64,000 bases of DNA from Octopus vulgaris (lineage: Eukaryota): positions 63,116,001-63,180,000 of the forward strand of contig OX597818.1 of assembly GCA_951406725.2 (NCBI GenBank), read 5' to 3'. The notes under the pieces were generated by a model, which was given only the letters and a program-made list of their open reading frames with translations, was not told where the DNA came from and ran no database searches. This document shows positions 13,186-26,938 of the stretch, one piece after another. How positions within the stretch are numbered: the stretch's first letter is position 1; the number at the start of each line of letters is the position of its first letter. The position numbers were made by a program, and so were the translations under genes.

Positions 13186-15829
13186 TACTAACTCTCACAC
13201 CATTCGCATACAACACACAGACACACAGACATAGATACAGGCACACAGATGCACAGACACACAGAAAGACATACAGACACACACACGCGCAATGAAGGAT
13301 ATGGAAATTTCCAGGAAGGGACTGGGCATCCACTTTTGAGAAGCGGGTCGCATAAAAGCTGATGCCATTCAGGAAGACCTGTAGGTCCCATTTTGCTCTT
13401 GACTGAGGGCTGTGAAATCCTCTGAAACAAAGTGTAGTTATTGATAAGACTGCAATTTATTCGAGGGCACTAAATATCCGTTCTCCTGGATTTTTCAAAA
13501 CAAATGCAAGCAAAATTGGTTTTCGAGTTCACCTTTTGCGGGACAATTGTTTTGTGCAAATTTCAGTTGTTGTACATCAGGACAGAAGCGATGAAAGTCG
13601 AACTCTCCATTATGAGTAATACGTAATAAATTTATTTATACGTAATAAATTTATCCACGTTGACAGGAAAACTAAGGTGGGGTAGCTTTTAAAAAATTGC
13701 CAAAGAAACTTTCGTTTTGTTACTTATTAAACCATTAAGTAAAGACTTTTTGTCACTGTATGTCATACTATGCAAAATTCTGGCGAATATATAATTGCGT
13801 GAAACGCCTCTGTCAGGCGCATATTTTTTGCGCGTGGAGAATAATTATTTAACTATAGATAGTGACTCTACAGAACATACAGCATTATTTTTGTACAGAT
13901 AAATGCGCATTTCTTCACGAACCGTATATACGTTGTCATATTTGCCTGAAGAGACCATCCTCTTTTTTTCTGTCAGCCACACTCACGTCATGCAGGAAGC
14001 TTTAAATCATGATCTTCATCGGTAGAACGGAAAGAATATTGAAGCCGATGCGGTGGGAAATTTTATTTCCCGAATAAGGAAATAACGAAACACAACATGT
14101 TCATTTCGAACCGGAGTACATTATTCTCAGAAAATTACATTTCCAGCTAGTGTCATTCCGTTACCAAACACTCTGAAATATTCTGGCACATATATCAAAA
14201 TGCTATCATCTTCACACATAAAATAAATTATATGAAGATAGAAGAACCACGATGTTAAACTTTACCCTACTTTCTCGTAAACGCCATCAACAAAATTTCC
14301 GTGAAACATCCTTCAGCATATTATGACACAAACACAGAAAAGTAACAATTTGCGAATTAAAATAGAAAACCACATTGACGAGCTCCATGTCCGATTTCCT
14401 TTCATAAATATCGAATGAATGAATTAGACCAGAACAGTGTATCCGTAGAATGGATGATAACAGAGTTTGAAAATTCACCCAATATGGTTGAATGTACATG
14501 TATGCTCTCATATAAAAATCCATCTTCCAGAAGGCATTATTTTGCTGGAAAGCAGTCACAACGATTAATGATTGTGACATTAAAATAGTGTTCAAACAAT
14601 CATTATTCTACCGTGACTATTTTTACTGTGATAGGAAAATAGGACTGATGTGGACACAGTGCTAAACGTTTCCATGGGGATCTATGATTGTCCTCGATGA
14701 TCGATTGTATGAATTTGCTCATACTTAATCTTGAAAATGAAATAGATCTGCAGAGCTGTACTAGGGATAACGATAATGGCCTGAAAATATCCTATGTTAA
14801 TATACATCACGCTAGGGGATGCTTATCGATGTTCTTCACAAGCGCAGACGAGAGTTTTATTTCACATATACCTATGCTTACCAACATAGAAATGACTAAT
14901 TTCTTTGATATTGCAATTGACCATACGATGTATCTCCCTGACTACCGCATTTGCAAAAAAAATATCGACTTTACATAAAAAGAAATTCTAAGAAAATTTC
15001 AACGATTTCACCGACTGCAAGAGGAATATTGGAGAGGGATTTCTTGCATGTGCACAATGATCGCTACTTTTGGATGACGGAAACGACGTTGATTGGCTGT
15101 TAGATGAACGCAGCGTTGTATGCTTTGGAGAGTTTTGCGTTCGTGTGTGGTCTGAATTCATATGTTGTCTGACAACACATATTTCGTGGAGATGTATCAA
15201 TAATAAAGAATTTAACCAGATATTCTACCACATACTCGTTACATTTTCATGGATTTCTTTGTTCCATGTCAAGAATAAATTCTTTGTAGCTGCTGTGAGA
15301 CTATTTAACTTCACATTGTAAAACTACAATTTCTAAAGATATAACACCGAGGGGTATTTTAGAAACAGTTAGAAACACAGCTTTTTATTTCGTATCTTGA
15401 ACGCGGTGTATAGAATAGCAATTAAATAAACCATCAAGCCATCTGTCACAATATCACAAGTATTTATAATATTTATCAGGTTCATTTATTAAAAGAAAAT
15501 AGTAAAAGAAACAAGATATACGTTTGCAACACAAAGAAGAAAATATGGTAAATTTTATATAGGAAAATATACAAGTACGAGTAATCACACCTGATTTTAT
15601 ATTAGAATATGTACTACGATATCTGATAAATTATTTAAACAACTAAGGATAACTATTTGTTTTAATCTAACTTATAAAATAATTAGCTTCAAGTTAACTC
15701 GCATTAGGAACCTATACAACTTCATGAATTTTTTCTTAAGATAACGTAATTCATGCAATGAGGGATTGAGAAAATTATCCGTTATTTAGGTAATGTGGCA
15801 CATTATTAAAGCAATTGTGTTAGGTGGGG

Positions 15830-16225
15830 GAGGGTGATAGCTGCAAACTGGTTTGGAAGCTCTGTGGGTCTATGGTACGAAATTCACTTCCCAGCTACAT
15901 GTTGCTCAGTACAGTACCTCTGCTTGATAACTTGGACAAGTGCGTTCTAGTATAGCCTCAGGTCGACAAAAGTATTGTTAGTGGAGTTGGTAGACGGAAA
16001 CTGAAAGAAGCCCTTAGCGTATATGTATCTAACTTTATCTCACAACCACCATTGACAATATGTGCTGATGTGTTTGAATCAATGTAACTTAGCAGCTTAA
16101 TGAAAATACCGATAAATGCCGGTCTCAAAATAAAATGTACTAGAGTCGAATCATTCGACAAAAATTCTCTAAAGCAGTGCTCCAGTATGGCCGCAGTCTA
16201 AAGCCTGGAAGAAGCAAGATGATAA
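15830..16225 (+). mobile_element. Degenerate SINE family B
   Basis: TTGGTAGACGGAAACTGAAAGAAGCCC and GTGCTCCAGTATGGCCGCAGTC are retained. Confidence 0.8.
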
Positions 16226-16481
16226 ATATATGGATATGAAAAACTTATGTTCTCTCAGTCATGGTTGTCATTGCCGAAGAAATTAAAACCAAACGATTAC
16301 AACACACCCTACTTATATCTAGACACCGTTAAAGATATCTATTCTCGCAGAAGGCTTCCAGGTGACTTTTAAAGAGCTGCGTAATTCTCTGGATTTGATT
16401 CAAAGTAAATTCCTGATTGATACTGAAATTGTGATCCCAATATTCGAATATCTGAATACACTCTTCACTAAAAACTTGAAT

Positions 16482-16537
<56 letters not shown>

Positions 16538-16539
16538 GG

Positions 16540-16800
16540 CCCCGCTTTAGCGAAGACAGAGGTATTGTTTTCCACTGCGTTTGTTTGTTTGTTTGGCCGT
16601 GGACGAGATATCTCAAGAACTGCTATGAAACTTTCTGAGATGGTTGACCTCGTGACTGGAATCGAAATGAGTAGACTTTGCGATCGATCCAGTACAGGAC
16701 AAGGATACTGGATTATTTATTATATTTGCTTTACGGGTTTTCGGTCTTACGTTCACTTTCAGGAAATTCTCAGTTATCTCCCTTTAAGCTGTATCTATTT
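16540..16800 (+). mobile_element. Non-autonomous Helentron/DINE-1-like (HINE) fragment
   Basis: CCCGCTTTAGCGAAGACAGAGGTATTGTTTT, (GTTT)n, GATATCTCAAGAAC..ATGAAACTTT layout typical of DINE-1/HINE elements; follows a (TAT)n run. Confidence 0.55.
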
Positions 16801-16849
16801 TGAAAGGTGAATTTGTTAACTTTGGCTAGTATTAGATAAGGATAAAGTA

Positions 16850-19060
16850 TTTATTACTATTACTAAATTGTCTACAGCTACCTTCACGTTCTATGATTAC
16901 CATTGGCATTGATCAGGTAACGGCAAGGATTCTGGGTCGTTTTTCTGGGTTTCTTACTTAACTGATGCAATCTGATACTGTTCCGAAGGACCCAGTCATA
17001 ATTGACACTATCTTCACCTTCTTCAGTTTCCATAGCCGTTTCTATTTTGTACTTAAGACGGTTGTATCTATATAATTTTCGTCTTCTTGGTTATTCGTAG
17101 GTCAACTTGGTATGCAACATCAATTATATAGCATATATGGTGCATCTTGTCCACATCCATTAGGTCCGGTCTGGTAGGATCTAGCACTTGATCTGTTTCG
17201 ATTAGGAAATTCGAGATGATTTTACTCTTCTCCGACTCTGACATTCTGCAGTTTGTTTCATTCCAAGTCTTGCCTCTCTCTAGACTCGACTTGCGGTGGA
17301 AGCGGTGGGCAGAGTTTTGTAGGCTGTGATTTCTACAACCTCTCCCCATTGACACGTCAACTTTGGTAATAGCGCTGTGCCAATTCGCTAGCGATGTACC
17401 TTATCGACGTCTCTATCGGTGGTGTTGTCGATTCTCTTCTTCATATCGTCCTTAACGCTTGTTCTTGGTTAATGTGCTGCGTATATAAATGCTTCTGTCT
17501 CCATCTCCGGGTCACTCCTCAATTTGTTTTATTAGTTCTCCGTTAAGTAATTCTATCCTTGCTAGGAACCATACCTTCCTCTTTTCATGTACATTATGCC
17601 ACACTACTTGAGTCCGAATTCCATTCTAATATCAGCACTAAAACTGTGGACCGTGTTCATCAAAGAACTCCCTTGTGCCTCACACCTGCCATGCAGGTTC
17701 AAATCATACACGAAGTGTAGATGGTTGATTGTCTGAGATTGCCTCTTGAGCTGATATCACAAGTTCATTTTCCTAAGTTCTAAGGTCAGCTGGACCTTGA
17801 AGAAAACAAAATGCTATCATCCTGGAAAAATCCCTATTCCAATGCCCAGGGTACCCAAACTTTTCCACGGCACCATACTTCTCTCTAGAAAACACGTTAC
17901 ATTCCTCGCAATTCCAAACAGATCTAAGCACTCAATGATACCGAATGTGGAATCATATCGTAAGCTTTGCGATAGTCAATCCAGGCCATTCCCAAATTTG
18001 TTACCCTTTGTTTAAAATCTTGCATTACCATTTTGTCTATCAATAATTCCACTTTGGCGCCTTTTCATCCCCTCCTACAACTTTTGTGTTCCATCGGTAA
18101 CATATCGTCCTCCTCAACAAACTTGTACAGTCCTTCAGCACTTTCTCCTAACAGTAACTTCCATATAATGGGGACGCAGAAAATTGGTCTTTAATTGTCA
18201 GCAGCTCTTTCTTTTGATGAAATCGTTCGTTCTTTAGTCAAACAACCCAAGGTTTCCTCCTCTCCATCGATCAATGCATTATATTGCTCTGCGATCAATT
18301 TATAGCACGTATTGAACTTTTTACCGAAAATCCTTATACATCATCAGGTCCGGCTACTTTCCACGTGCTTATCTCTTTACTCATATTTCTAATGCTGTCG
18401 TCTGTGAAGTGAATAACCTCTTGCCGAGGATAAGAAGTAATTTTTATTCAGGCTGCAGAGCCATTCAGCTGTAGTATTACGTCCTTGCTCGCTCTATAAC
18501 TTACCCCCAAACTATCAGCTTTCATAAACATCGGGAACTAATCTTCCCCGTACTACATCATTAATTTATTGATAAAATCGTTTTTCGTTGGTTCAAAACA
18601 ATTTGTTTTGCCGCTATTGCTTCATTCCTTGTTCAAATGTAGCTTTCGTTGAAATTTTGGCAAGTATGAGCTGCTTCCGTTCTTCAATTACAACGATCAG
18701 ACCTTTTGCATCTACACCATACATTTTGCACTCATTTACAAATTTGCGATCATTCTACATTCTCCAATTCTTTTCCTGGCAAGTATTGACACTAACATAT
18801 TCAGGGAGTTTATATCTTCTTTTCTAATTCTTCTTTTCCAACAAGGTTGTTTATTTCCTCTTCTGACAGTCGATGTTCTGTTCTCAGTATTCTTCGATCC
18901 CATCTTTTCTGCGGCAATCTTACTTGTAGCCTTGATGAGATTATTTATTTGTGTTATGTCCGTTGTTTCAGTGTACCTCAAAGCATTATTGACTTCAGTT
19001 GCCTCTTGATTTAGTCTCCACTGGTTAGCCTTCTTAAACTCGCACATAAATTCTGTCCCT
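16850..19060 (-). mobile_element. Degenerate R4/Dong-clade non-LTR retrotransposon
   Basis: N-terminal TDITQINNLIKATSKIAAEKMG..PCWKRRI; WKVAGPDDV*GF (consensus WKAPGPDGV); endonuclease region KIISNFLIETDQVLDPTRPDLMDVDK..YIIDVA (consensus ILWDFxIQTD..RPD..IIDVA). Confidence 0.85.
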
Positions 19061-19099
19061 TCTGTATTTAATAAATCCTAAACCCTATTATCCTCCTCC

Positions 19100-19304
19100 T
19101 CCCCATAATCATCGTCATCATCATCATCCTCATCATCATCGTCATCATCATCATCATCATCATCGTCATCATCATCGTCATCATAATCGTCATCATCATC
19201 ATTGTCATCATCATCATCGTCATCATCACCATCATCATCATCATCATCATCATCATTACCATTACTATTACTATTATTATTATTATTGTTATTATTATTA
19301 TTAC

Positions 19305-19362
<58 letters not shown>

Positions 19363-19372
19363 TATTTATTTA
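19100..19372. repeat. (CAT)n then (TAT)n microsatellite
   Basis: Seen directly; lies between the two R4/Dong fragments. Confidence 0.95.
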
Positions 19373-19749
19373 TTTTCCCCCCATAAACATCATTATTTCC
19401 TTCTTTCAACATTGTTCCCAATCCTTGTCGAGTGTCTTCCAATCATAGAGGAGGTAGAAACCCGTTGTATACATTTGTAGGCCATTAAAATAAACATACT
19501 AGATAGTTCATTTACAAAGGCATGTGATAGGAAACGAAGGGGAAGAAAGACCGAGAGAAAAAAGGGAAAAAAGGAACAAAATGTGAAAATGAAAAATATG
19601 AAAGAGAAAAAGGAAAGAAAATCCAGTGTGACAAAGCTCTTCTGAATAAGCTCCAACTACCTGTAATTCAATCTCTTGTTCGTCCTGTATGGACGGTAAG
19701 ACAGAGTTAATTCTCAGATAATCTTCAGTTCTCTTTTTTTTTCATCATT

Positions 19750-20850
19750 CCAAGTGCTCCTGAAATCATTGGTTTTCAATTTCAATGAGCAAATCTTTAT
19801 ATTTTTTATCTGCTCAAATTATTTTCCTGGGATACTATAATTAAAATGTATGCTCACCTCAGAATATAAAAAAGATTTTATCGCTTTGGTTTTTCACAAC
19901 AATATCTCGATATAAACTTTGATGGTCCAGTCTGTATGTACTGGAAAGTCCCAACATAGCATTACATTTTCTTGCTCAGGCTAGAACTTATACCATTTGT
20001 GAGCAGTTTCGATTTTATTATGCCGACATATCGTCGAGTTTAAATATTGACCAAATCTGTTATATCTTGATTTATACTCTACAGGTGTTAAAAGCAGAGA
20101 TTAGGTGGTCCACTGCTTTAGTTTCGTATTTACTGTATCGGAACTTTGAGTCTACTCCATTTTCATCCCAATAGCTTAATAGTTCTGAATCAAAATGCTC
20201 AGATATTGAGTGGGTAAAAATAAAGCTTTCGCTCCTACATTTAGTCATGATCTCCGTAGCCACACAATTTGTTTGCTCCGGGCGACATATTTGCCATGTA
20301 CATATTTTTGTTCCGACCTTCAGCTAATTGTTCAAAACCATTTTCTCCTTTGTTATTGATCTCATCTTTGCGACAATTGCTGCCGCACTTCCATTTTCTT
20401 TCATACATAACATGCATGGCAATATCATGCCAATAATTCTAACAAAACTGTATAAAAGTTACTAAACCATTTCGTGAATGTCGCAAAAATTCCTCAACTA
20501 TTTTATATCCACCTATACAATGCTGGGTTTGGACCTCCCGCGTCAGAAAAAGACAAATATCAAAATATCCAATAAACATAGCTGAATCTCTTGATGGCAT
20601 AAAGATGTTCAGGAACACAAAATAACCACCACACATTTATACCGCAGGTTTATAGATTGTTCAACGTCTTCCAGTTAATCTGCAACTGAAACTTCTTCTT
20701 GCTTCTTGAAAGAAGAAAATAGTGGATCCTCTTCAAATTCTATCCGATATATTTGCATGATTGTGTCAGCTTCGACGTCTTAATCACGGTCTCATCTGTT
20801 TTCTTAATCTATTCTTCTTTCCAGAATGGTAAACGTTAGAAATTCATTTC
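19750..20850 (-). mobile_element. Second, older R4/Dong-clade fragment
   Basis: QKYVHGKY..WLRRS; NGVDSKFRYSKYETKAVDHLISA (decayed CCHC knuckle); HKWYKF*PEQENVMLCWDFPVHTDWTIK. Confidence 0.75.
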
Positions 20851-23800
20851 ACAAAGCAATTCTCTTAAAATATTAATATATTTAGGTCAATGTGACCGGA
20901 ATACACAAGTATTCAAACAAGACATTTTTTTCTCAAACATGAAATATTTATATTACCGTAACAATTATTACCGTAACATAAAATGTGATAAATGAGTCCG
21001 TGCTCGTGCCAGACTAAGCTGGGATCTGTGTATACCATTAATTATGTTTTTAAATGTTTTGAACATTTTTGGATCAGAATGAATTCGAGGTTATCTCCAA
21101 GTGTGGAACCTTATTAAATCACAAGAATAGAACTAATTAAAGACAATTCACCGTTCTCCCACTGTGAATGAATTACGTGAGTTGTTTGAGACAAGCATTT
21201 TTCACTTCCCGTCTTTAACGATTTATAATATGTAGACGAATGCTTGTTCAAAATGGAAATGCAGCCAATTTTATAAGAGAATTATGGAACCGTCATTTTT
21301 GATAAATGTGCGAGTGCATTACTTAGTATGTAATGTATCCTACTCTAAAAGCCATCTTTATTTCAATAATCGTAGTTTAAAGAATTTTTCGTTTTTCCTT
21401 GATGTAGGAATTATATTCAAAATCATGTAAAAGTGATCACCGTCTATTTCAACCCCTTCACAACCTACAGATTGTAGAAGGGAGAAAGATTTACATATCA
21501 TTTTACGTTTTGCGAATTAGCAAACTCTCTATTTTAGCCCTTCTTCGAATTCCTTCTGATCCAGTAATCCACAAAACATTGTTAATAACCTTAGTATTTG
21601 CATTCGCAGATCAGAGTTTATCTGGTGACAACAAGAGCTCAGTTATCACATTTCATGAGTTACAATTACAACTGGGTATGCGCTTACTAATAATGTTAAC
21701 TTCTTTTTTTCTTATGGATTACTGGAACGGAATGTTTTAAGAGTAAGCCTAAAATTTGCAGTCGTATTACTTCACAACTTATACATTTTCAGCAACCATT
21801 TCTCTGAAAAGCATAACTAAGGTGTATGGAGAAAAGTGTGTTGAAGTGAAACAACAGGTACACTAAATAGGTTGCTGCTTCTGTAGCCAAGTGCCTTTTC
21901 TAGTACGAATGGCAAAAATTTTCTTTCTTATTGAGCTACAGTAACCACAACACATTTATTCTGAACACTATATTTTACTCCTTAAATAGGATTTTCATAC
22001 TAAAAACATTCCAGAACATAACATTAAAATAGAACGCTATATCTAAAACGAAACCGTCATCATCCCTCTTTCATTCAGCCTCTTTCTACTGCTTATTTCA
22101 CATCATGCTGAACCGTTATTCCCTTCACGTTTCTTTTCTTTGTTTTTTTTTAAAAGAAATTCATTCACTCTTCTGTTTTCCCCTTAATCCTTTTCTGGCT
22201 AATGCATTAAAATATCTTTATAATTCACTTCCCATGTCATCCATGCTTATTTCTATATTTCGAAATGCCGTACAATCTCGCATAACTCTTTAAAATGGAG
22301 ATGGGCAGCAACGTTTCCATGTGGTACGATTGCAAATTAGAAATGCCTTCAGCAAAAATAATTGGTAGCCTTGTTAACCCACAAACAAAAAGTGCAAACA
22401 CACACACAAACCCGTCCCCCCCCCCACACACACACACACACGCATACATATAAATTGGGTGGGATACATCTACCGTTTAGATTGATTGTTTCCTGTTTCC
22501 TGTGGACCGCTGAGGACTTGGAGAACAAGGGTCTCACTGGTTCATATTTTTTCCCACTCTAGGCTTCGCACCTCAATATTCTTCTCGGTCAAGTTTAAGC
22601 GAACCAATAGAATGGTTATTTCTAGTCTCAAATATATAACTACTTAAAACATTGAACGAAAGTTTTATACAATCTACTATGTTTTGCCTGACACTGACAT
22701 CAAAGCGAACTTATCTACATGTGTATAATATATATATATATATATAATGTGTATGTTTGGGTGTGTATGCCTGCATGTAATAAAAGTCCATTCCTTGCGT
22801 AATAAATATAGTTTTGGTTGTGAGTATAAGATGTATTAGAGTACCAAAATATAAGCATTAAAATAGTTATTTCCTTCAATATCACGAGTTTAGATGATAG
22901 AGATATTGATTTGGCTCTTCATTTCACTGAGTTTGGTAAACTAAGTACCATTCATGCTCTATAGGTGATTCAATTTACTGTAATCCAGCCCACAAATATT
23001 TGGCTTTGATACGTCGTGTGAAAAATCAATACTGGTTTAACATCTAAACCAGCAATAAATAGCAGCAGTAATATAAATCTATGCTGCATTCATAGGAATT
23101 TGAAATATTTCCTTAAAATCAGAATCCACAAATTTTCATTTTACTTCTAGTATAGGTTAAGTAGACGTTATGGACTGCGTGGTACACTGAAATTTATTGT
23201 TTATGGGAAACAAGTCTACGGGCGTGGATTTTCCTTTGAGTAGAAAATTCGAAAGCTATTTCTGATCATCCACATCAATAGCTCCCATGAAAGACATCAT
23301 GACTATCACTGCTACTTTCAATAACGGATCAAATAAGGGTTATATTTATTGTAGGAGACATTAGAAACTTCCTTGGTTTACTCTTCAATCTAACCTGCAT
23401 CGTATAAAAACAAACTAAACGTCCCACTTAGACGCAGAATATTGTAGTTTGTCAAAATACTTTCGTTATGAACTCGAATGTTTAATGCATGAAAAGCAAC
23501 AGTTTTAATATTTCCTATGCCTATACGGCATTTATAGTTAGTAATATAATGGATGCGAGATCCGGGAAAATATAAACGGAAAATCTTTATAGAATAATTT
23601 CTGATATTAATAATCGTACGTTCCCTCATCATCTACGCATTTATTCATGAAATAATAATAATAATGTGTAGAAGCAGCCTCAGAGAAATATTTGCTACTT
23701 GAAAGAGTAGATGCCAATTCAATTTTGATGACATCCATATTGTTTAATTTCCCAATACACCAGTTTTCATGTAATATTGACGGGAAATCAGATGCTAACT

Positions 23801-24277
23801 ATTGGCAACATATAAACCATATTTACATTCTGTTCTATTGTTAATGATTTTGCCTTTTTGCGTAAACATTTACACTTTATTTCTTGCTCATAAGTCAAAA
23901 GCAACAATAAATTATACAATTTTGGGAGAATATATAAAACAACTTGTAATATATTAACTCATAACTAGATATTATAAACGTAGACTTACTAAAGGACCGT
24001 TTACTGGAAATGGATTGGAAGGAAAAGAGTTAATGATTATTGAACATATTTAAAGGACTTTGATGTTTCTAATGTATTCATCTACAACACGGTCGTCATG
24101 GTATTTCACCGAACCTGAAAGGAATAAAAGAACCAAGGTTTGCGTGAATGGAAGTAGGGACTTGGTAAATACCGAAAAACATCATCCAGTGCGTGTGTTT
24201 ATGTATATATTTGCGTATGTGTCTATGTGCGTGCGTGTGTTTGTGGGTGTTTGTGTGTGTGTGTGTGTGTGTACATA

Positions 24278-24678
24278 TACTCTTTTACTCTTTTACTCTT
24301 GTACTTGTTTCAGTCATTTGACTGCGGCCATTTGCTGGAGCACCGCCTTTAATCGATCAACTCGACCCCGTGACTTATTCTTTTGTAAGCCCAGTACTTA
24401 TTCTATCGGTCTCTTTTGCCGAACCGCTAAGTGACGGGGACATAAACACACCAGCATCGGTTGTCAAGCAATGCTAGGGGAACAAACACAGACACACAAA
24501 CACACACACGCATATATATATACATATATAGGACGGGCTTCTTTCAGTTTCCGTTAACCAAATCCACTCGGCCCGAGGCTATAGTAGAAGACACTTGCCG
24601 AAGGTGCCACGCAGTGTGACTGAACCCGGAATCATGTGGTTGGTAAACAAGTTACTTACCACACAGCCACTCCTGCGG
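24278..24678 (-). mobile_element. SINE family B
   Basis: Near-full copy with an internal deletion. Confidence 0.9.
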
Positions 24679-24714
24679 CTGAATATATGAATATATGAAT
24701 ATATTAATATGATG

Positions 24715-25035
24715 ACGGACTCTCCCGTCGTTAGTCGACGTATGAGGGTTAGACAGTTTCCTATCGAAGACCACACAGATGATTTGGTTATGGTGATCAA
24801 ATGTTTGGGAACACATAAGCTCACTCCCTCCATCAAATCGACCTCACCTGTACAGGTGCAAATGTGTGCCACATGTCAGATAATGACATGACGGCAGAGC
24901 GACATGGAATGAATTGCTTTGCTCAAGAACACAACGTAACGGTCTGGGAATCGAACGCAACTCAAGAACACAACGGTCTGAGAATCGAACCAACAATCTC
25001 GAAATCGTGAGTGGAACACCCTAACCATTATATGC
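24715..25035 (-). mobile_element. tRNA-derived SINE related to family C
   Basis: The - strand reads GGTTAGGGTG..GGTTCGATTC..TTGTGTTCTTGAG (duplicated), with tail GTCGACTAACGACGGGAGAGTCCGTCATC. Confidence 0.7.
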
Positions 25036-25906
25036 ATTTCAAATGAGGTCACTCTTAGCGCTTTTACTATCATGTAACCCTGCAGAGCCTGTCTCATGGT
25101 CAGTGAATAAACTGACAACCTTACGATGCCTGTCACGTAAGAAGGATGACTTCCGTTGAGATGAAGAAAGGCAAAACTTGGCGAAGGAGAAATGAACTCT
25201 GTCAATGGCCTTTCCAACAGAAAAATGAGATGGCCCTAGCATCTCTTTAGTTATTTCTCGAGAAGGACATTCGGAAATAACTCCCGACTCACTGCGACAC
25301 TGGAAATCTGGTTCGTACTTGTTTAGAGAATTATTTGGAATTCTATGCAATAGTCTTCGCGTTATTGGGCAAATTTTTATTGACATTAAATTTATCACGA
25401 ACTGCCATTTTCTTTTAACCTAGGATTAGATAATTTTTAGCGATGGTCACGACTCGACAGTCACCGAGTATGTGTCTGTGTCTCGGCTTAAAACACTCGC
25501 TAGGAAAAGTGCACAAGATGAAAGAAAACAAGCCAATGATAACATTACTAAATAAGTGGTGATAAATTAGCGAAAACAGAGACGATAGAAATGTCTGCGA
25601 CAGAATTTAACACAGAAAGATGAGAAACAAAAGAAAAGACAATTAATGACAAATATTTTACAGAAGAGGTAAATCATGACAAAAATAAATTACGAACCGT
25701 CATCAGCCGCCAACTAAATCTTCATGATGTTTCTTGTAACATCTGACAGGAATGATGTGCTAAGCGGTGTTTCATAGTGATAGCACACAGTTATCGGAAT
25801 ACTGAAAAGAGAAAATATGGAGAGGCCAAATTGTTAGGTAGAGGGTTCAAGTAATATAAGAAATTAATGTTTACTTCAATAATTTTGCTGAAACCAGAAG
25901 GCTAGC

Positions 25907-25982
<76 letters not shown>

Positions 25983-26004
25983 ACTTTCTTATAAATATAT
26001 ATTT

Positions 26005-26422
26005 ACAACTTATAAACAGGGGCATTAGAGAAATTATTTCAATGCCAATATGTGATTTAAATACAGACATCCATCTAGACGTATACGAACACTCCAAAAG
26101 TCTTGACGCATATGTGACACACGAAATTGCATAATCCGTCTTCAAGTATATTTTCACCAAATTTTATAAAATTAGTTGTGGATTCGTAAATAAATATTGG
26201 AATTATTTCCCTGCCAATATGGTGAGAACAGACATTAAATCGTCAATTTCCACATTTCATTTTACAATCACTGTGAATACACGTCGTGCTGAAATACTCG
26301 ATTTCAGCAGGACGTGTATTCACAGTGATTGTAAAATGAAATATGGAAATTGATTATTTAAAGTCTGTTCTCAGCATATTGGCATGGAAATAATTTTTTT
26401 TTTGCCCTTGTTTATAAGTTGT
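26005..26422. mobile_element. Foldback/MITE-like palindromic element with an inserted ~145-bp copy of nearby DNA
   Basis: Arms 26201-26295 and 26301-26395 around a 5-nt loop; outer ends ACAACTTATAAACA..GGC / GCCCTTGTTTATAAGTTGT. Confidence 0.7.
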
Positions 26423-26500
26423 TTATAATTTCAAACTTTAAACCTATTTTGATATGCTGCCACTTGTGATAATATTTTTCTTTCTGAAAACAAAATGTTA

Positions 26501-26883
26501 TCTCTCTCTATATAAACGGCAGTTTGTCTGTGCGTGTTTCTGTGTGTCTGTTTGCTTGTACCCTCACCCTGACCACGGCTTTCAACAGATTCTGATGAAA
26601 CTTGACACACACATAGCCCAATGTCATAATTCAAAACTAACGCAGCGAAAATTTTGAAAAGTTTCCCCAGTTCTGAAAAACATCAATAAATTCGACATGG
26701 GGTCGAGAATCAGAAACACAAACCGCAAACTGTCTAGGGGACGCAACTCCACCTATTTTTACTCTCAAAAAAAATTACCATCATCTTTTTCCATTTTTTT
26801 GCTATTTTTTGGCTACAACTCTCTAAAAATGCTTTATAGTTATTTCCCTTACAAACCTGAGCAACGCCGGGCGATACTGCTAG
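26501..26883 (+). mobile_element. Non-autonomous Helitron
   Basis: 5' TC(TC)nTATATAAA start, 3' hairpin CCTGAGCAACGCCGGG followed by CTAG, inserted between A and T with no target-site duplication. Confidence 0.85.
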
Positions 26884-26897
26884 TCCTATATAAATGT

Positions 26898-26938
<41 letters not shown>

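Noticed and set aside
13290-13700. GC-richer segment (ORF 13188-13430) as an exon or transposase
   Set aside because: No recognisable motif or splice donor; possibly a DNA-transposon remnant, unresolved.
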